Shown: positions 37,141-57,081 of the stretch, one piece after another
Numbering within the stretch: the stretch's first letter is position 1
Layout of the letters: each line of letters opens with the position of its first letter
Assembly: GCF_009914755.1 (NCBI RefSeq)
Contig: NC_060929.1
Reading direction: 5' to 3' (one strand)
DNA length: 64,000 nt
From: the human T2T-CHM13v2.0 reference genome, Homo sapiens
The notes under the pieces: model-generated
What the model was told of the DNA's origin: nothing
Database searches by the model: none
What the model saw: only the letters and a program-made list of their open reading frames with translations
Made by a program: the position numbers and the translations under genes

Positions 37141-37348
37141 CATGCTCTCCAATGCAGTAACTATATGTAACTGTTTAATTTAATTTTACATTAATTAAAA
37201 TTATATAAAATTAAACATTCTTTGGTTGCAGTAGCCACATTTTAAGTGCTTAATAGCCACATGTGACTAGGATCTTCCACATTGGACAACATAGATATAG
37301 AACATTTTTTATCATCACGAAAAGGTAGTTACTGTTAGACAGAGCTGA
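37141..37348. mobile_element. MER3-like hAT MITE
   Basis: TAGCCACATTTTAAGTGCTTAATAGCCACATGTG...TTGGACAAC. Confidence 0.75.
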
Positions 37349-39671
37349 TCAAAATCATTTTATCTTTCAGGTTCTCCTGCCTATCTTTTGAAAATATAAA
37401 ATGTATTAATTATAACCAATGAAAGGCAAAAAAATCAAACACTTATATCTGTCATCATGTAGCATTTCTACAGTTAACTGGTGCCAAATAAATTTTTTCC
37501 TGAGCCCTTGAATAATTTACTGTTTGGAAACATTCAGATTTCCCGTGTTTCAGTAAAACTTTTCCTTGAAGTTTTCCAAGACTTGTACATGAGAGAACTC
37601 TGAAGTGTGGGATGTGAGGGATGAGGCATAATATTAGAGTCCACTTTGCACTAGGATAGAGTTAGCTAATTTTCTTAAACATTTATAAATCAGGGAAACA
37701 ATCAGACCCCGGTGCAAGAGATTTGCCACCTTTGCTCTTATGGCTGAAACCAGGGAGCCTGTGAATTTTCAATGAGTTGATTCACTGCATGCTTTCCCAC
37801 AGGAGCTGTGGGGTTTGTGGATTTTTATTAAGCATTTTCTAGGAGATTCTGTCTTTTCTGGGTTGTAATTCTCATGGGTTCAGAGTGCAAATGCCTAGGT
37901 TAATACCTCCAGCTCCAAGAGGGTCTGCAGGATAATGGTGTAACTGTGACAAATACGGTCATGCCAAAAAACAGAAGCCACTTCACATTCAGGGAGGAAG
38001 AGAATTAACACCGAGAAGAGGCTTACACAACCATTGCAAGGATACGAGAGGGAAAGGGGTATAGATTAGAAAGATTGCTTTTGGGAAATCTCAGGAAAGC
38101 TACCATCAGAAATCCTTGGTATCTTCAGACTCTGAAAATTGCTGAGAAACCCCCATGTCACCCCTCTGCGCATGTCACATACCTGCCAGAATCTGCTGCT
38201 GCTGGAGAAATATGGCTTCTTCTTTTTCTCATCCCTCCAAATTGTACATGACTGCTTGACACTGATGAAATCTAGCTAGAGCCCTGCTGTCATGGAAGCC
38301 TGGGAAATGTAGTTTCCAATTTTTCTGCTCTTGAGGGACAGGCAAGAGCTATGGATGCAAGAAAGACACACAGTGGCACAAACCTTAACCCTGTCCAGCA
38401 GGCACTGTCCTACCCTCTGTCCTAGAGCATTGCCGCCACATGTCCACGTGTGTGAAAGTGGGAGTGAGGCAGTTTCTTCCGACCTTTGCATTGGAACATG
38501 TGCATTTCTAAGATCTGTTCAGTAACTTGGAATAATTAAGATGAGCATTTAGATAACTGACCCTCAAACTTGTTGCCCGTAAGTGTCACTGAGAAGTGAT
38601 CTAAAAACAGATTCTTGAGCCCCCTTCAGAACTACTGCACCAGAATAGTGGTTGGAGATTGGCCTGGGGAGCGGTAGTCCTGGGAATCACCAGCTGCCTG
38701 CAGTGCCGATGAGGCATCACCTCTCAGACCAGTGTTAGAAAGAAGAATGGATTTTCCCCCTGGGTTTCTGGAAGGTCAAGCCAATTTTGCCCTAAATTTA
38801 TAAATTTAGGTTTTAGAATGAAAAAGCCATAGCAGATGCTGGTAAATGGTCATATTTTTGGGGATTGCAATGACTGCGATTCATGATGTCAAATCATTAA
38901 CCTGATCATAGTCCCTGAGACTATGAAGAAACTCCAGAAGTGAAATGTGGATAAAACCCCAAGTGTTGGCAGAGTTTCATTTTGTAAGGAGAAGAGAAAT
39001 AAAATATGTTGAAACTGTATATATATTAATGAATATATTTTTTCTCCATTGTTAAAAGGTCCACTGTAGATATATATTTACTGTATTTACTGCTGCCTGT
39101 GCAAATAAAAGACACACAAAGCACATACTGGGCTGATTACACTATTTTTTATTATGAAAATATAATTTAAGCTAAGGCCAATTCTGAGACGCAACTGACA
39201 TCTGTGAAGGTTATTCAGGGAACTTAGGAGCAAGCAGGTACTAGTTGCAATGCTATGACGGGCACATTAAAAATCCTTTTATTTGTGTGATTAATTGGAT
39301 GTTCTCTGGAAGCATGAAATATGAACTGATTTCTAGTTTTTGTAAGGACGCTAGTTAATTTGTAAGGTGCTTAGAATATATGATTTTCAGTATATCATTT
39401 TTTTCCCCTATAACTAAATGGGGAGGAGGAGTGACTTCGTAAAGAAAACAAGAGACTGGCTTTGTATATATTATACATACTGTTTTGCAGCCTAAATAAG
39501 TTTGCAGAGTATATGTATGCTGGGTGGGATATCTTGTACTCTCACCTTTGCCAAAGTTTATTAAGAAATGAATTTGTGCCAGAAGAATAAAATCATGTGA
39601 AAGTTACTCAGTCAGGTAAATTCTGAAAGCAGACTTGCTGGAGCAATAAACTTGATGAATGATGCTGTTTA

Positions 39672-40115
<444 letters not shown>

Positions 40116-40158
40116 TTAAAATACTCATTTCCTCTGGTGTCAAATGTAAGAAAATTCT

Positions 40159-40482
<324 letters not shown>

Positions 40483-40687
40483 AATATAAGAAAATTCTAG
40501 ATGGTGATATAAACATGGGTACATGAAGGGAAAGAGTCTGAACTCTTGACACCAGGAAGAAACTGTGAGCAGTTAAGTGAAATCTAAGAGGATGAAAAGT
40601 ACTGGAAGATTAAACTGGCAAATTTATCTGATTCCACTTTCAGATTTCCACATTCAAATCTGCCAAATATCGTATTTTTACTTTCAG

Positions 40688-40930
40688 GTCTTACTGCCTA
40701 TTAGAGCAAAGGAAGAGGAAATCTTTGGCTAACTGGTCAGAGAAAACAACTGGATTAAACAAGATACTCTTCATGACTGTGGTTGCAAAAATGCAACACA
40801 ACTTTTAAAAATCTTAGTACTAATTTTTAAAAATGGCTTTTAATTTGGGGGAGACTCGATAACAGAACCCGAAAATCTGATGAATTGTATGAACATTTTG
40901 TTCAGAAAAATAAACATATATTACCAGAAA
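40688..40930 (+). other. Candidate terminal exon (unverified)
   Basis: Acceptor TATTTTTACTTTCAG|G at 40687/40688, non-repetitive body, AATAAA at 40909-40914. Confidence 0.35.
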
Positions 40931-41539
40931 ATTTCATATGTGATTCAAGAAGTCCACAGAAGTTCCATGTTGTAAGTAATTAGAAAATAAGAATTCTGAA
41001 TTGTTAAAATAAAATTTAATGTTCAACATCATTCATCCAGGAAGTGGAATTTTCCCTCTGTTAATCATAGAAAGAAATGCTCTCAAATTTAGGTGGAAAT
41101 AAAATATTTGTTGTTGGAAATGTATATACTTCTGCTGCTTTTAAAATTCCAGGCTTCATCCATATTCAAAATGCAAAATATTATTAAAATAATCAGAGCT
41201 TTGACTTTGGAAAAGTCTGAAATTGCACCTTGGCAACACTGGATCTACTCCTGTCACTCCCCAAGTGGTGGTCCTTAAGTGTTAGTGTGCTTGAGAATTA
41301 ACTACAGAGATTGTCTAAAATTACCAGTTTCTAGGATGAGCCCACCAATCTGTGTTTTAACAGGAGCTCCAGAAAATTCTCTGTTCTTCTGACCATATTT
41401 TGAATATTGATATGAAACTACTGATGAACCTCTTGGTTCATGGTTTTTTCCTATACTACTCTCTATCTTTTAATTTGCCTCTAGCACTCTATTTATTTCT
41501 TTTCTATTTAAACTTGTCTCCAAATCTCTGAGAGTGTAA

Positions 41540-41871
<332 letters not shown>

Positions 41872-42346
41872 TCTTATGCTTTATTTTCTATTTCTAGTAA
41901 TATAATCCTTCTTCCATTGTGTTATTTTCTCTGACTTTCTCCCCTCCCTCTTCTTCCTTTTAAAAGTTCAATGAACTTTTTAAAATTTAAAACACAAATG
42001 GGTGAAGAATTTTACATTTCTCTTTCTTTAAAAGTGACAAAAGTTAGGTTACTTTTTCACTGATGCATTCATTTATTTTTTGTTTTTCTACTCTCTTATT
42101 TATATATCCCTAGTTCAGGGATTACTGAAAAAAGAAAACAAAGAAGAGTTCAAGATGCCTGTAGATCAGGAAAAAGACAAGGTTATAGTCTTTTATAATT
42201 TGCTCCAGAGGAAGCTGTGAACATCTACTGAAAACTGACAGATTTCACTCCTTTTTCTTATCAGAGAAAAATAAAAGCAAAGTAGATTTGTTTCTTTAGG
42301 AAGATTTGTAATTTTTATTCTGGGAAATCAGAATGCAGTCTTGCAA

Positions 42347-42373
<27 letters not shown>
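42347..42373. repeat. (AAT)9 microsatellite
   Basis: Perfect trinucleotide run. Confidence 0.95.
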
Positions 42374-42378
<5 letters not shown>

Positions 42379-42528
42379 CAGTCAGTTGACTCTACTCTGC
42401 CTGCAAAAAATTAAAATATAAATTACCTGGCTCTGTATTTGGCATATAACAGACTTCTAATAAATATTGGATGAAAAACTTCTGGTAAATTATTATTTCT
42501 GGTGTTTTCAAATGTATGCCAAACATTA

Positions 42529-42674
42529 GCCATGCCTGGCTAATTTTTATATGTTTTGTAGAGACAGGTTTAACCGTGTTGCCCAGGCAGGTCTCAAACT
42601 CCTGGGTTTAAGTGATCTTCCCACCTTGGCCTCCCAAAGTGCTGGGAGAACAGGCATGAGCCATCACGCCCAAC
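42529..42674 (-). mobile_element. Alu left arm (FLAM/AluJ fragment)
   Basis: Left monomer plus linker only. Confidence 0.85.
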
Positions 42675-43896
42675 ATAGTTCTTTTTTGTTAAACTAGTTA
42701 AACACAATAACGTCATTAAAGCAAGCGCCCGTTAAAGGCTAGTTTTCCTTTCATTTATTGTAAAAGTTTATAAGATCATAATCAGGCTTAAAAGGAATTA
42801 GTAACACTATGGCTTCCTCATTATACAGGTATGGAAACTGAGGCACAAACATGATTTGAATGGCATGTCCAGTGTCATTCTTCTAGAAGAAGAGTCAAAC
42901 TCATGCCCAAGCACTCCACCTACTACGTTTCATGACACAAATAGCTAAGGTCTATGTGTGTCATATGTGTGTGTGGTGGTGATGGTTGTGGGAGAAGACA
43001 GTGACTTGCATTTTTAAAACTATTTGGAATTTTGTTTACATGCCTGCCCACATGCATTTCAAGCTTTTGAACACAGATGGAATGCTTCGTTTGGGATTAA
43101 TTGCCTCTCTATTTTTCTTGGTGAGATTAGCTAGTGGTTTGAGCCTATTATCTTGCAGGGAAATACTCCATGGAAATATGTTTAGTATTTTCTGTATATA
43201 AATGGAATCAGTTATGAGCTTTAGAATTTCTGATGACTTAATAAAAATAGGCACCATACATTGAGTAATTTCAGTGATCAGAATCAGGATCAGAAAAATC
43301 AAGATGTTTCTTTTGTCACTATTTCAAGGTTTCCAAACATTGGAGGCAAATTCCATAAGAGAGAATTCTGTTTACCATGAAACCAAAGAATATAAACAAG
43401 TTGAGAAGCACACATTCTTTAGGATTAAAGATGCTCAGCTTTCTTGCAGTTTGAAAGTGCTAGGCCTGAAAATTTTTCTGGCTATATAGAACTTCAACAT
43501 TTGTTTTATTACTTTATTCTCTAGAGTAAAATTGAGGAACAATGGTGACACCCTAATGATAGGGCAACATGGTTCTGCTTTAGTAAGTCTGAGAGCTGCA
43601 GCTGTGAAAAGGGTCCTGACTCCATTCAGGTAATGTCCAATTTATTTCAGAAATGCTTTCCTCAGTGACCTCTTCAACTTGCCTTGACCTTTAAAGTTGT
43701 ATTCTTTTGTTGAATTAAATTGAATTCCAAAAATATTTATTGAACATTTATTAAAGGGACAGTGTCATTAATGATTGGGGATTGGCTAATGTTTTATAGC
43801 AATGAATAATATCCATTCTCCACCTTCAAAATATGAACAACCCAAAAGTTCCCTTAATTATGTCAATTATAGTTGCTGATTCAAATTTTTTTATGA

Positions 43897-44340
<444 letters not shown>

Positions 44341-45482
44341 AGCCAATTAGTAAGCTTTGAATGGGTTACAGCTGTGTCCAGTTAAGCCTTGTTAACTCCT
44401 CGAGCACTTGGGCAAGACCAAAGCAGGTAAAGCCTGCAGTCTTCACCTCTTGCCACAAGTGGACTCCACCAATGAGCTGCGGAAAGAACATTTCCTAGGT
44501 ACCATGCCATGAAGAAAGTTGGGGAGCACTGAAGTGCCTGATTTCAATCTTATAATAATACTGTAAGGTAAGTATTTGTTTTTCATATTTTATAGATGAA
44601 GTATTTGAAGCTTTGAGAATTGATAATTGGCTTTACTCAAATCACACATAATTCAAAGAGCTGATATTTGAACCATGCTTTTCTTACATTGCAATTTTCA
44701 TACTATAAAGTAGAATGTGAAAAGTACTATAGAATGGAACAAATAAAATATGGGAACTCGGAGATATAGACATTTATCTTGGTCTAGTGTGATTAGGGAA
44801 GGCTTCCTAGAGAATTTGTCACTTGAGCTGAACCTTTAAGAATATGTGAATTTCAAGAGGTAAAAATGTGATGTTATTCTAGGTTTATATATTAAATAGT
44901 GATCTTTTCTGGCTGTAAGATAAAATATTAGACCTTATCTTATGGAAATTCAGGATTCTTCCAGTGTTAGGTACCTGAATGGAAGGTCACAGCTCTTCTG
45001 CTAGGAAGTTTATTTATTCTGGTTGCACAGTAGAGTCATCTGGGAAGCACACTGATGCCAGAGTGCTACCCTAAATCATTACATCAGGATATTGGAATAG
45101 AGCTCATGGGGGTAGTGTTGAAGGAAGCAGCAGGAAATAAACTGGTTTGGGTTAGACTGCAACGAACATAGAATGTAAAGGTCACGAGATGTTATTATTC
45201 AGGTAATGGTGAGCCAGGGAAGGGTTTTAAGTAGGGCAGCGGTAAAGATCAAGTATTCCCAATGGGAATGGTTTGAAATCCAGGAGCACATCAGGATTCC
45301 CTGGGAAGGCTTTTCTTTTATGTCCTCTTTCTCTGGTTCTGGGACTATGCCAGAATCTTGGGGTAGCCTAGATAGTTTCAGAAACTGTATTTAAAGCCAG
45401 TGCCTTCTCTGCCCTATCCCAATTTTAATATATCTAATCAGGGGACATAGGATATAAAGTTGGGGAATCATCTACAACATAC

Positions 45483-45803
45483 TGTCTTAGTCTGTTTGGT
45501 CTTCTATGACAAACTACCATAAACTGAGTAGCTTACAAATAATAAAAATTGATTTCTCATGGTTCTAAAAGCCTGGAAGGCCAAGATCAAATATTCATTG
45601 CCTGGTGAGGGTCCTCTTCCAGGTTTGTAGACTGTTCTCGCTGTAAACTCACATGGTAGAAGTGGCAAGTGAGCTTTCCCACTCATGAGGCCTCCACTCT
45701 CTTGACCTAATCACCTACAATGATTCCACATCCTAAAGCATTACACTGGAGGTTAGGATTTAAACATATGAATTTTTAGAAACACAAATATTCAGTCTAT
45801 ACA
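45483..45803 (-). mobile_element. MaLR LTR (MSTD/MLT1A-like)
   Basis: TGTCTTAGTCTGTTTG...GATTTCTCATGGTTCT...GGTGAGGG...AACATATGAATTTT. Confidence 0.8.
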
Positions 45804-45804
45804 A

Positions 45805-46020
45805 ACCACCCTCACTTCGAAGATCAATTTCAAATTTGGGGATCCCCAGGACCACCTTTGATTTTGCTAGAAAGACTCACAGAACTGTTGTACTTACAGT
45901 TATGGTTTGTTTATTACAGTTAAAGGATATAGATCGTCATCAGCCAAAGTGGGAGATACATGAGACTGAGTCCAGGAGAGTTTCAAACGCAGAGCTTTCA
46001 GTTGCTCTTTCCCAGTGGAA
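45805..46020 (-). mobile_element. MER21C-like LTR fragment
   Basis: TTGCTAGAAAGACTCACAGAACT and GAGTCCAGGAGAGTTTCAAACGCAGAGCTT. Confidence 0.7.
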
Positions 46021-47424
46021 CTCTTTGGCTTCATTAGGGTGGGGCTAATAACTGTTAATTTTTTTTCTCTGTTTATCTTCTTGCTGCTTGACCCTGGATA
46101 TGGCACAGTCACAAGAAATGCAGAGCAGAGTAAACAAAGCCCCAGTTTTATTATTGCAAAGATCCAAAAGGGCAGTGAAACAGACTATTGGAGAAATCTC
46201 AGAGAGGGATGAGCTTGGAAAACTGACCCCATAGTATTGTTGGTGAACTCCTGGAATCATGGCCAAGCCACACATGCATATATCTCACCCTAAACAGGAA
46301 ACTGTAGATTTTGATAACTGGATTATAAGGTAGACCTCTGGCCAGATCCCAGACTGGCCACTGGGTAACAGATATGTGAGACAGATCCAAACAAAACAAG
46401 CGCTTTTAACGTTTCCCATATAATTTAAGTAAGACTTAGCAACTCATAATATAATAGTCAAAATGTACTGGATACAATTCAAAATTACTTGGCATAGAGA
46501 CAGCTAGGAAAATTTTAATTCACATGGAAAAAGACAATCAACAGATGCCAATGCCAAGATAACACAGATGTTGGAATTATCTAACACAGACTTTGAAGCA
46601 GCTGTTATAAAAGTGTTCCGACAAGTAAGGGCAAATAGCCTCAAAAAGAATGAAAATGTAGAAAGTCTAAGCAATTAAATAAAAGACAGAAATAAGAACC
46701 AAATAAAGATTTTAGAACTAAAAATACATTACCCAAAATTGAAAACTTACCTGATGGCACAATAGCAGAATAGAGATGACAGAGAAAGTGAACTTGAAGA
46801 TAGATACACTTCTTCAATCTGAACAGATAAAAATATTATTAAACACAGAAAAAGAGCAAAGCCTCAGAGAACTGTAGTTGAAAAAAATCATACTACCCAA
46901 TTTTAAGACTTATTCTAGAGTTTCAGCATAAAGACAATGTAGTATTTATGAAGGAATAGGCCAATTAAACAGAATAGAGAATTTAGAAATAGACACACAC
47001 ACATGAACATAGCTTATTTGTCCTTGACAAAGATGTGAAGGAAAATCATTGGAAAAAGCATGGTCTCTTGGTGTGGGACATCCATATGAAAGAAAGACCT
47101 TAGATCTAAAACTCATATATAATTCAAAAATTAACTCAAAATAGATAATACATCTAATAAGTGTAAAACATAAATCAATATAAACTTTTGAAAGAAGTTA
47201 TGAGAAATCTCTATGTCCTAGGCTTAGGCAAAGCGCTCTTATACATGATACCAAACACAGATCCATTTAAAAAACTGACAAATTAGGATTCATAAAAATT
47301 AAAAACCTTTGCTCTGAGAAAAAGTGTTAAAAGAATAAAAAGACAAGCTACAAACTGGGAGAAAATATTTGCAAATTACATATCCAATAAATGGCTTTTG
47401 TCAAGAATATATAAAGAACTCTCA

Positions 47425-47750
<326 letters not shown>

Positions 47751-48344
47751 TAATTAAAAGTGGGCCCAAGAATTGAACAGACATTTTGTGAAAGAAAAAA
47801 ATGTGGATGGTAAATAAGCATATGAAAAGATATTTAACATCACTGGCCATCAGGGAGGGAAATGCATATTAAATCATGGCATATCTGTTACAAAGACTAA
47901 AATAAAATGAATAAAAACCGACAATATCAAGTGCACTGAGGTTGTAGAGAAACTGGAATACAAAATGGTACAGGTACTCTGGAAAACTGTTTAGTAATTC
48001 CTTATTAAGTTAAACTTACAATATGACCCAGCAATCCCACTCTTAGGTAACTGCCCAAGTTAACCGAAAACTTATGTTTACTCAAATACATGTACATGAA
48101 TATTTATGGAGGTATTGTTTGTAATCAGCAATAACTGGAAACAACCCAAATGTTCTTCAATGAGTGAATGGATAAATAAATCGTGATACATTTATATATA
48201 TCTCTAAAATGAAAAGGAAAAGAAAATGAATGCACACAACAACGTGGGTGAATTTCAGAGGCATTGTGCTTAGTGAAAAAAAGCCAATCTTAAAAGGCTA
48301 CATACTGAGTAATTTCATTTATGTGACATTCTCAAAAAGTAAAC

Positions 48345-48704
<360 letters not shown>

Positions 48705-48718
48705 CTAGGGATTAGAGG

Positions 48719-48770
48719 CTGCCCCAGCCTCCTGAGTAGCTGGGATTACAGGCACCCGCCACCACGCCCA
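48719..48770 (-). mobile_element. Tailless 52-bp inverted Alu fragment between duplicated flanks
   Basis: CTGCCCCAGCCTCCTGAGTAGCTGGGATTACAGGCACCCGCCACCACGCCCA; flanks 48676-48718 and 48772-48803 are copies. Confidence 0.9.
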
Positions 48771-49064
48771 CTACAGTTAGACAGAACGTATCAGTGTTAG
48801 AGGTGGGAGGATGTAACTATGTAAGGAAAATATGGAGAGGTTTTTGGGGTTTTGGGATTTTTCTGTATCCTGTAGTCTTTACTTACTTTCAGCAGTCAGG
48901 TTAAGTCAGCTTCTGATAATTCCATAATCAGAGCTTATTATAATAGTGGTAAGACAGAGAGTTTATTTTCTTATCTTCCAAAAATTAAATAAAATAGAGA
49001 GAGACTCAGGGGCCCCAAGAAAAATAGCCTTTATTGAGTGAATACTGTCAATGATAGCTTAGAA

Positions 49065-49730
<666 letters not shown>

Positions 49731-49803
49731 TTAGATAACTTGCTTATTTTTATTTATTTAATAATATCAGAACACTAAGTAGATTAAGATTTACCTATGC
49801 TTT

Positions 49804-50099
49804 GGCTGGGTGCAGTGGTGCACACCTATAATCCCAGCACTTTTCGTGGATCACCTGATGTCAGGAGTTTGAGACCGGTCTGACCAACATGGTGAAATTC
49901 CGTCTCTACTAAATACAAAAAATTACCCGGGGATAGTGGCGCATGCTGTAATCTCAGCTGCTTAGAGGGCTGAGGCAGGACAATCGCTTGACCCCAGGAG
50001 GCGGATGTATCAGTGAGCCGAGATCATGCCATTGCACTACAGCCTGGGCAACAGGAGAGAAGCGAAACTCCGTCTCAGAAAAAAAAAAAAAAAAAAAAA
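49804..50099 (+). mobile_element. AluS (Sq-like)
   Basis: Dimer with left-arm deletion; TSD AAGATTTACCTATGCTTT. Confidence 0.93.
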
Positions 50100-50244
50100 A
50101 AGATTTACCTATGCTTTGACTCCATCAATAACTTTTGACAGATTTTTTTGAAAAATATTTTTTCTTTATAAACGAGTTTTACTTTAACATCGATGGTATT
50201 TCAGAAAGTGTCTTTCTTTCAACCCTGTTTAAGATATTGAATCT

Positions 50245-50551
50245 GGCCGGGCGCGGTGGCTCACGCCTGTAATCCCAGCACTTTAGGGAGGCCGAGGCGG
50301 GCGGATCACTAGGTCAAGAGATCGAGAACATCCTGGCTAACAGGGTGAAACCCCGTCTCTACTAAAAATACAAAAAATTAGCCGGGCGAGGTGGCGGGGC
50401 GCCTGTAGTCCCAGCTACTCCGGAGACTGAGGCAGGAGAATGGCGTGAACCCCAGGGGGCGGAGCCTGCAGTGAGCCGAGATCGCGCCACTGCACTCCAG
50501 CCTGGGCGACAGCGAGACTCCGTCTCAAAAAAAAAAAAAAGAAAAAAAAAA
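50245..50551 (+). mobile_element. Young AluY (Ye/Yf-like)
   Basis: CpG-rich; GGGGGCGGAGCCTGCAG and GGGCGACAGCGAGAC variants; TSD AAGATATTGAATCT. Confidence 0.93.
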
Positions 50552-51478
50552 AAGATATTGAATCTGATATTCAATCAAGGAAAGGAAGTTAAAAAGTGTC
50601 CTCTCGGTGACACCAAAAAAAATGGAGAATCTATGACCATTTTCATGATCTGTGGACTGCTTGGGAATCTGTGTATTGAGGGTTAATTATAGCATTTCAT
50701 TCCTGGGTGATGGGTTGTGAAACCAAAAGTTATCAGAGATAAACACTGAAGATTGTGATTTACTTGTTCATAAGCGTACCATAAAATCCTCAGTTAAATA
50801 ACATTTTATGACTATGGCCTGCAAGTTTTAAAATATAGCCTTTTGATTACTTCATAGTTGTAAAGGCTGACTTTCTTTTTTGCTATGTGGCAGTGAGTAA
50901 TTTATAACGTCTGTTAAGTGAACGGTGTTTACCAAGTGCTATCAAACAAGATAAAGATATATTTCACTGTGTCTTTATAGCAATGTAGATAGCTAGAGAA
51001 AATATATTCACTACCTATGATTTCACTAGGTGACATTAGATTCCATGAAGTGCAAATCTGAAACCATTTTATTAGTGTCCTACCTCTATTTATTTCTGGC
51101 TTAGTGTGTATTATAAGGCCATTTTGGACCTCTTCTTTGAAAGAAAAAAAAGCGATGCCTCAAAACGCGGTTTCCTTTAAGTGCAGCTTAAATGACTGTA
51201 TTTCATGCATTGTGAAACGTATTTGCCAATCACATGTGATGTATTGAATCATGCCATGGCTAATGTTTACAATGTAAAGGATTATATAAAATAATAACTT
51301 GCATAATAACATATATTCATTGGTTTATAAGGAAATGTAATAGTAGATAGGGAATGTATTGCAAAATATAAAAATATCAATTATCATTTATAGTTTCCTA
51401 AACATGCTTGTACACATCTCACTTGATTACAACAGCACAATATGAAATATACAAGGCAGGTATAATCATCTTAATCTT

Positions 51479-51778
51479 GGCCGGGCACTGTGGCTTACGT
51501 CTGTAATCCCAGCACTTTGGGAGGCCGAGGCGGGTGGATCATGAGGTCAGGAGTTCAAGACCAGCCTGGACAACATGGTGAAACCCTGTCTCTATTAAAA
51601 ATACAAAAAACAATTAGCCGGGCATGGTGGCGGGTGCCTGTAATCCCAGCTACTCGTGAGGCTGAGGCAGGAGAATGGCTTGATCCCAGGAGGTGGAGGT
51701 TGCGCTGATAGTGCCACTGTACTCCAGCCTGGGCAACAGAGTAAGACTCCGTCTCAAAAAAAAAAAAAAAAAAAAAAA
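51479..51778 (+). mobile_element. AluS (Sg-like) inserted in a MIR
   Basis: Full dimer; TSD ATCTTAATCTT. Confidence 0.95.
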
Positions 51779-52406
51779 ATCTTAATCTTACAAAGGAGGG
51801 AATGAGGTTCCAACAGACTCAGAAGCTTCCCCAATGACAGTTTATAAGTGGTGGGTTGAGGATTAGAACGTGTCCTCTAATTCCCAATTCAGAGATAGTT
51901 CTGCTACATTATGTGTGCTACCTTATTCCTTATTAAGAAAAAGATTCTTTTGTCCTGTAAATGGTAATCTTCTTTCTAATCCAACACCTGACTTCTATAT
52001 ATTAAAAGTCAGAAGTGTAAATATTTTACCTAAGTGTTGCTATTCTCTTCATCCCTATTCTACTAGATCTCTAGATCTCAGCTACATAATGGAGTTGACG
52101 TATATATAATTTCATGTGTCAATTTGATAGAGGTATTAAAAGTGTTCTATGGAGAGTGAATACATGCATCCACCATTGTGGTATTAGAACAAATTGCTTT
52201 GGGAGGTTTTGTTCATGCTGTGTGGTTAGAACTGTTTCTATATTGATCTTTTTTTCAGCAGTGCTACACCTCATACAGCCTAAACACCACTAAAGTTTCG
52301 TTTAACACCAGAAGCAGATAGGTTTTCACAACTGACTCATCTAATTAACCTCATAGAATTTTGAAGTGGCGAAATCTAATTTATCACCCCAGATCTGCAA
52401 ATATAA

Positions 52407-52832
<426 letters not shown>

Positions 52833-53032
52833 CCATGAGGCCAAATTTCTGATCCTGGGCGTGTTCATCAGTGCCTATGGCTATCAGTGCTCACGGGTGA
52901 GGTATGTGTGTTACGGAGAATCTTTATACTCAGAATTCTCTAAAACTATGCTTTCCAAATTCTCTCTCTGTTGGCTTTTGTATTTGTGTTTTTTTCTCAT
53001 TCTTCTTTCATCTATCTTTCTTTGCTCTGTGG

Positions 53033-53351
53033 CAGCAGTCCCTAACCTTTTTGGTACGAGGGACCGGTTTAGTGGAAGACAAGTTTTCCACAGACAGAGG
53101 GGTTGTGGGGGATGATTTTGGGATGAGACTGTCCTACCTCAGATCATCAGGCATTAGTTAGATTCTCATAAGGAGCACACAGCCTAGATCTCTTGCATGC
53201 ACAATTCTCAATCCAGTTCCTGCTTCTATGAGAATGTAATGCCATCACTGACCTGATGGGAGGCAGGGCTCAGGTAGTAATGCTCACCCACCTGCCACTC
53301 ACCTCCTGCTGTGCAGCCCACTTCCTTTCCCCCAGGGGTTGGGGACCCCCG
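53033..53351. mobile_element. MER1B (Charlie MITE)
   Basis: CAGCAGTCCCTAACCTTTTTGG...AGATCATCAGGCATTAGTTAGATTCTCATAAGGAG...GGGGTTGGGGACCCC. Confidence 0.9.
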
Positions 53352-53544
53352 ATTTATGGGACCCTGACTACTTCAGTGGACACTCCTCTTTTAATCCAGC
53401 TTATTATATGCTTGTTACATGAAGCTCCTACCAAGCATTTAGCAAAGTGGAGAACTTTGTTTTTGGATTTCCCTCTCTTTGTCTCACCATGCTCCATATA
53501 TCTGGTTCCCACTTTGGCCTTCTCCCTATTATTCTTTGATTTAA

Positions 53545-54660
<1,116 letters not shown>

Positions 54661-54753
54661 AGATCTTTCCTTCTTTAATTTCCTATATGCTAAATTATGA
54701 GTTTTTTATTTAAATTTGACTATATATGAATATGAAATAGCTACACAAAATAG

Positions 54754-55212
<459 letters not shown>

Positions 55213-55944
55213 ATGATTGCTATTTATAATAAAATAATATTCTAAGAGACCAAGTTTTCCCCTTCAAATTCCAAGTACCTTTGATTCTGAGCTGCCTTCT
55301 CCCTTGAGTTCCTCTTCCCCAATTTAGTCATTGGTGCTCATGCCTAAGGGAAAATATAATACAGTTTTTAAGCTGCAAGAACATGTTTTGGAAACTTTGA
55401 AACACTCAGTATATAAAGCTTATGCTATAAAAAATAGATTTCAGATTAGCTGAAAATTCTTGTGACTGTCATAGGGATGGGAAAGTGACGGAAGTAAATC
55501 GGAAAGCAAAGAAGGGAAGTACAACTATGGTGGGTCTCAGAAAGGAGCCTAAGCTCTGCCCCATTGTTAGAGTCTAAAAAAGGGGAGATGAAAGGTTTGA
55601 GTACTGTTGGAGATGTTTGGATATCCAAAGGCAAAGCCTACCCAGGCTATCCTTTCAAAGGTGCAGTATATGAGGCTATTTGTGGGCATCTAGAAAAAAG
55701 GGCCATAGATAGCCCCAGCAGCTTTTCTCCAACTCCTGAATTTATCATGTGGATGAGAGAGGGGCAAGCCAACAGCTGAAAGGAAAAGCTAGACCAGAGA
55801 AGCCCCTGTGCACAGGTTGAGAAGGCCCCTCATCCCCTTGCCCATCTAAGTTTATGCAATGATATTGTGCATCTTCCTAAACATCAACCCCATTTTTCAA
55901 GTTGCACTGGGCAAAAACTATCCAATGCAATGAAAGGGAGAGAG

Positions 55945-57012
<1,068 letters not shown>

Positions 57013-57081
57013 TTGCATACTTGTCAGGGGCTTTGATACTCTGGCCCCTAGTATTACCTATTCTTAAATAAACTGTGAAAT

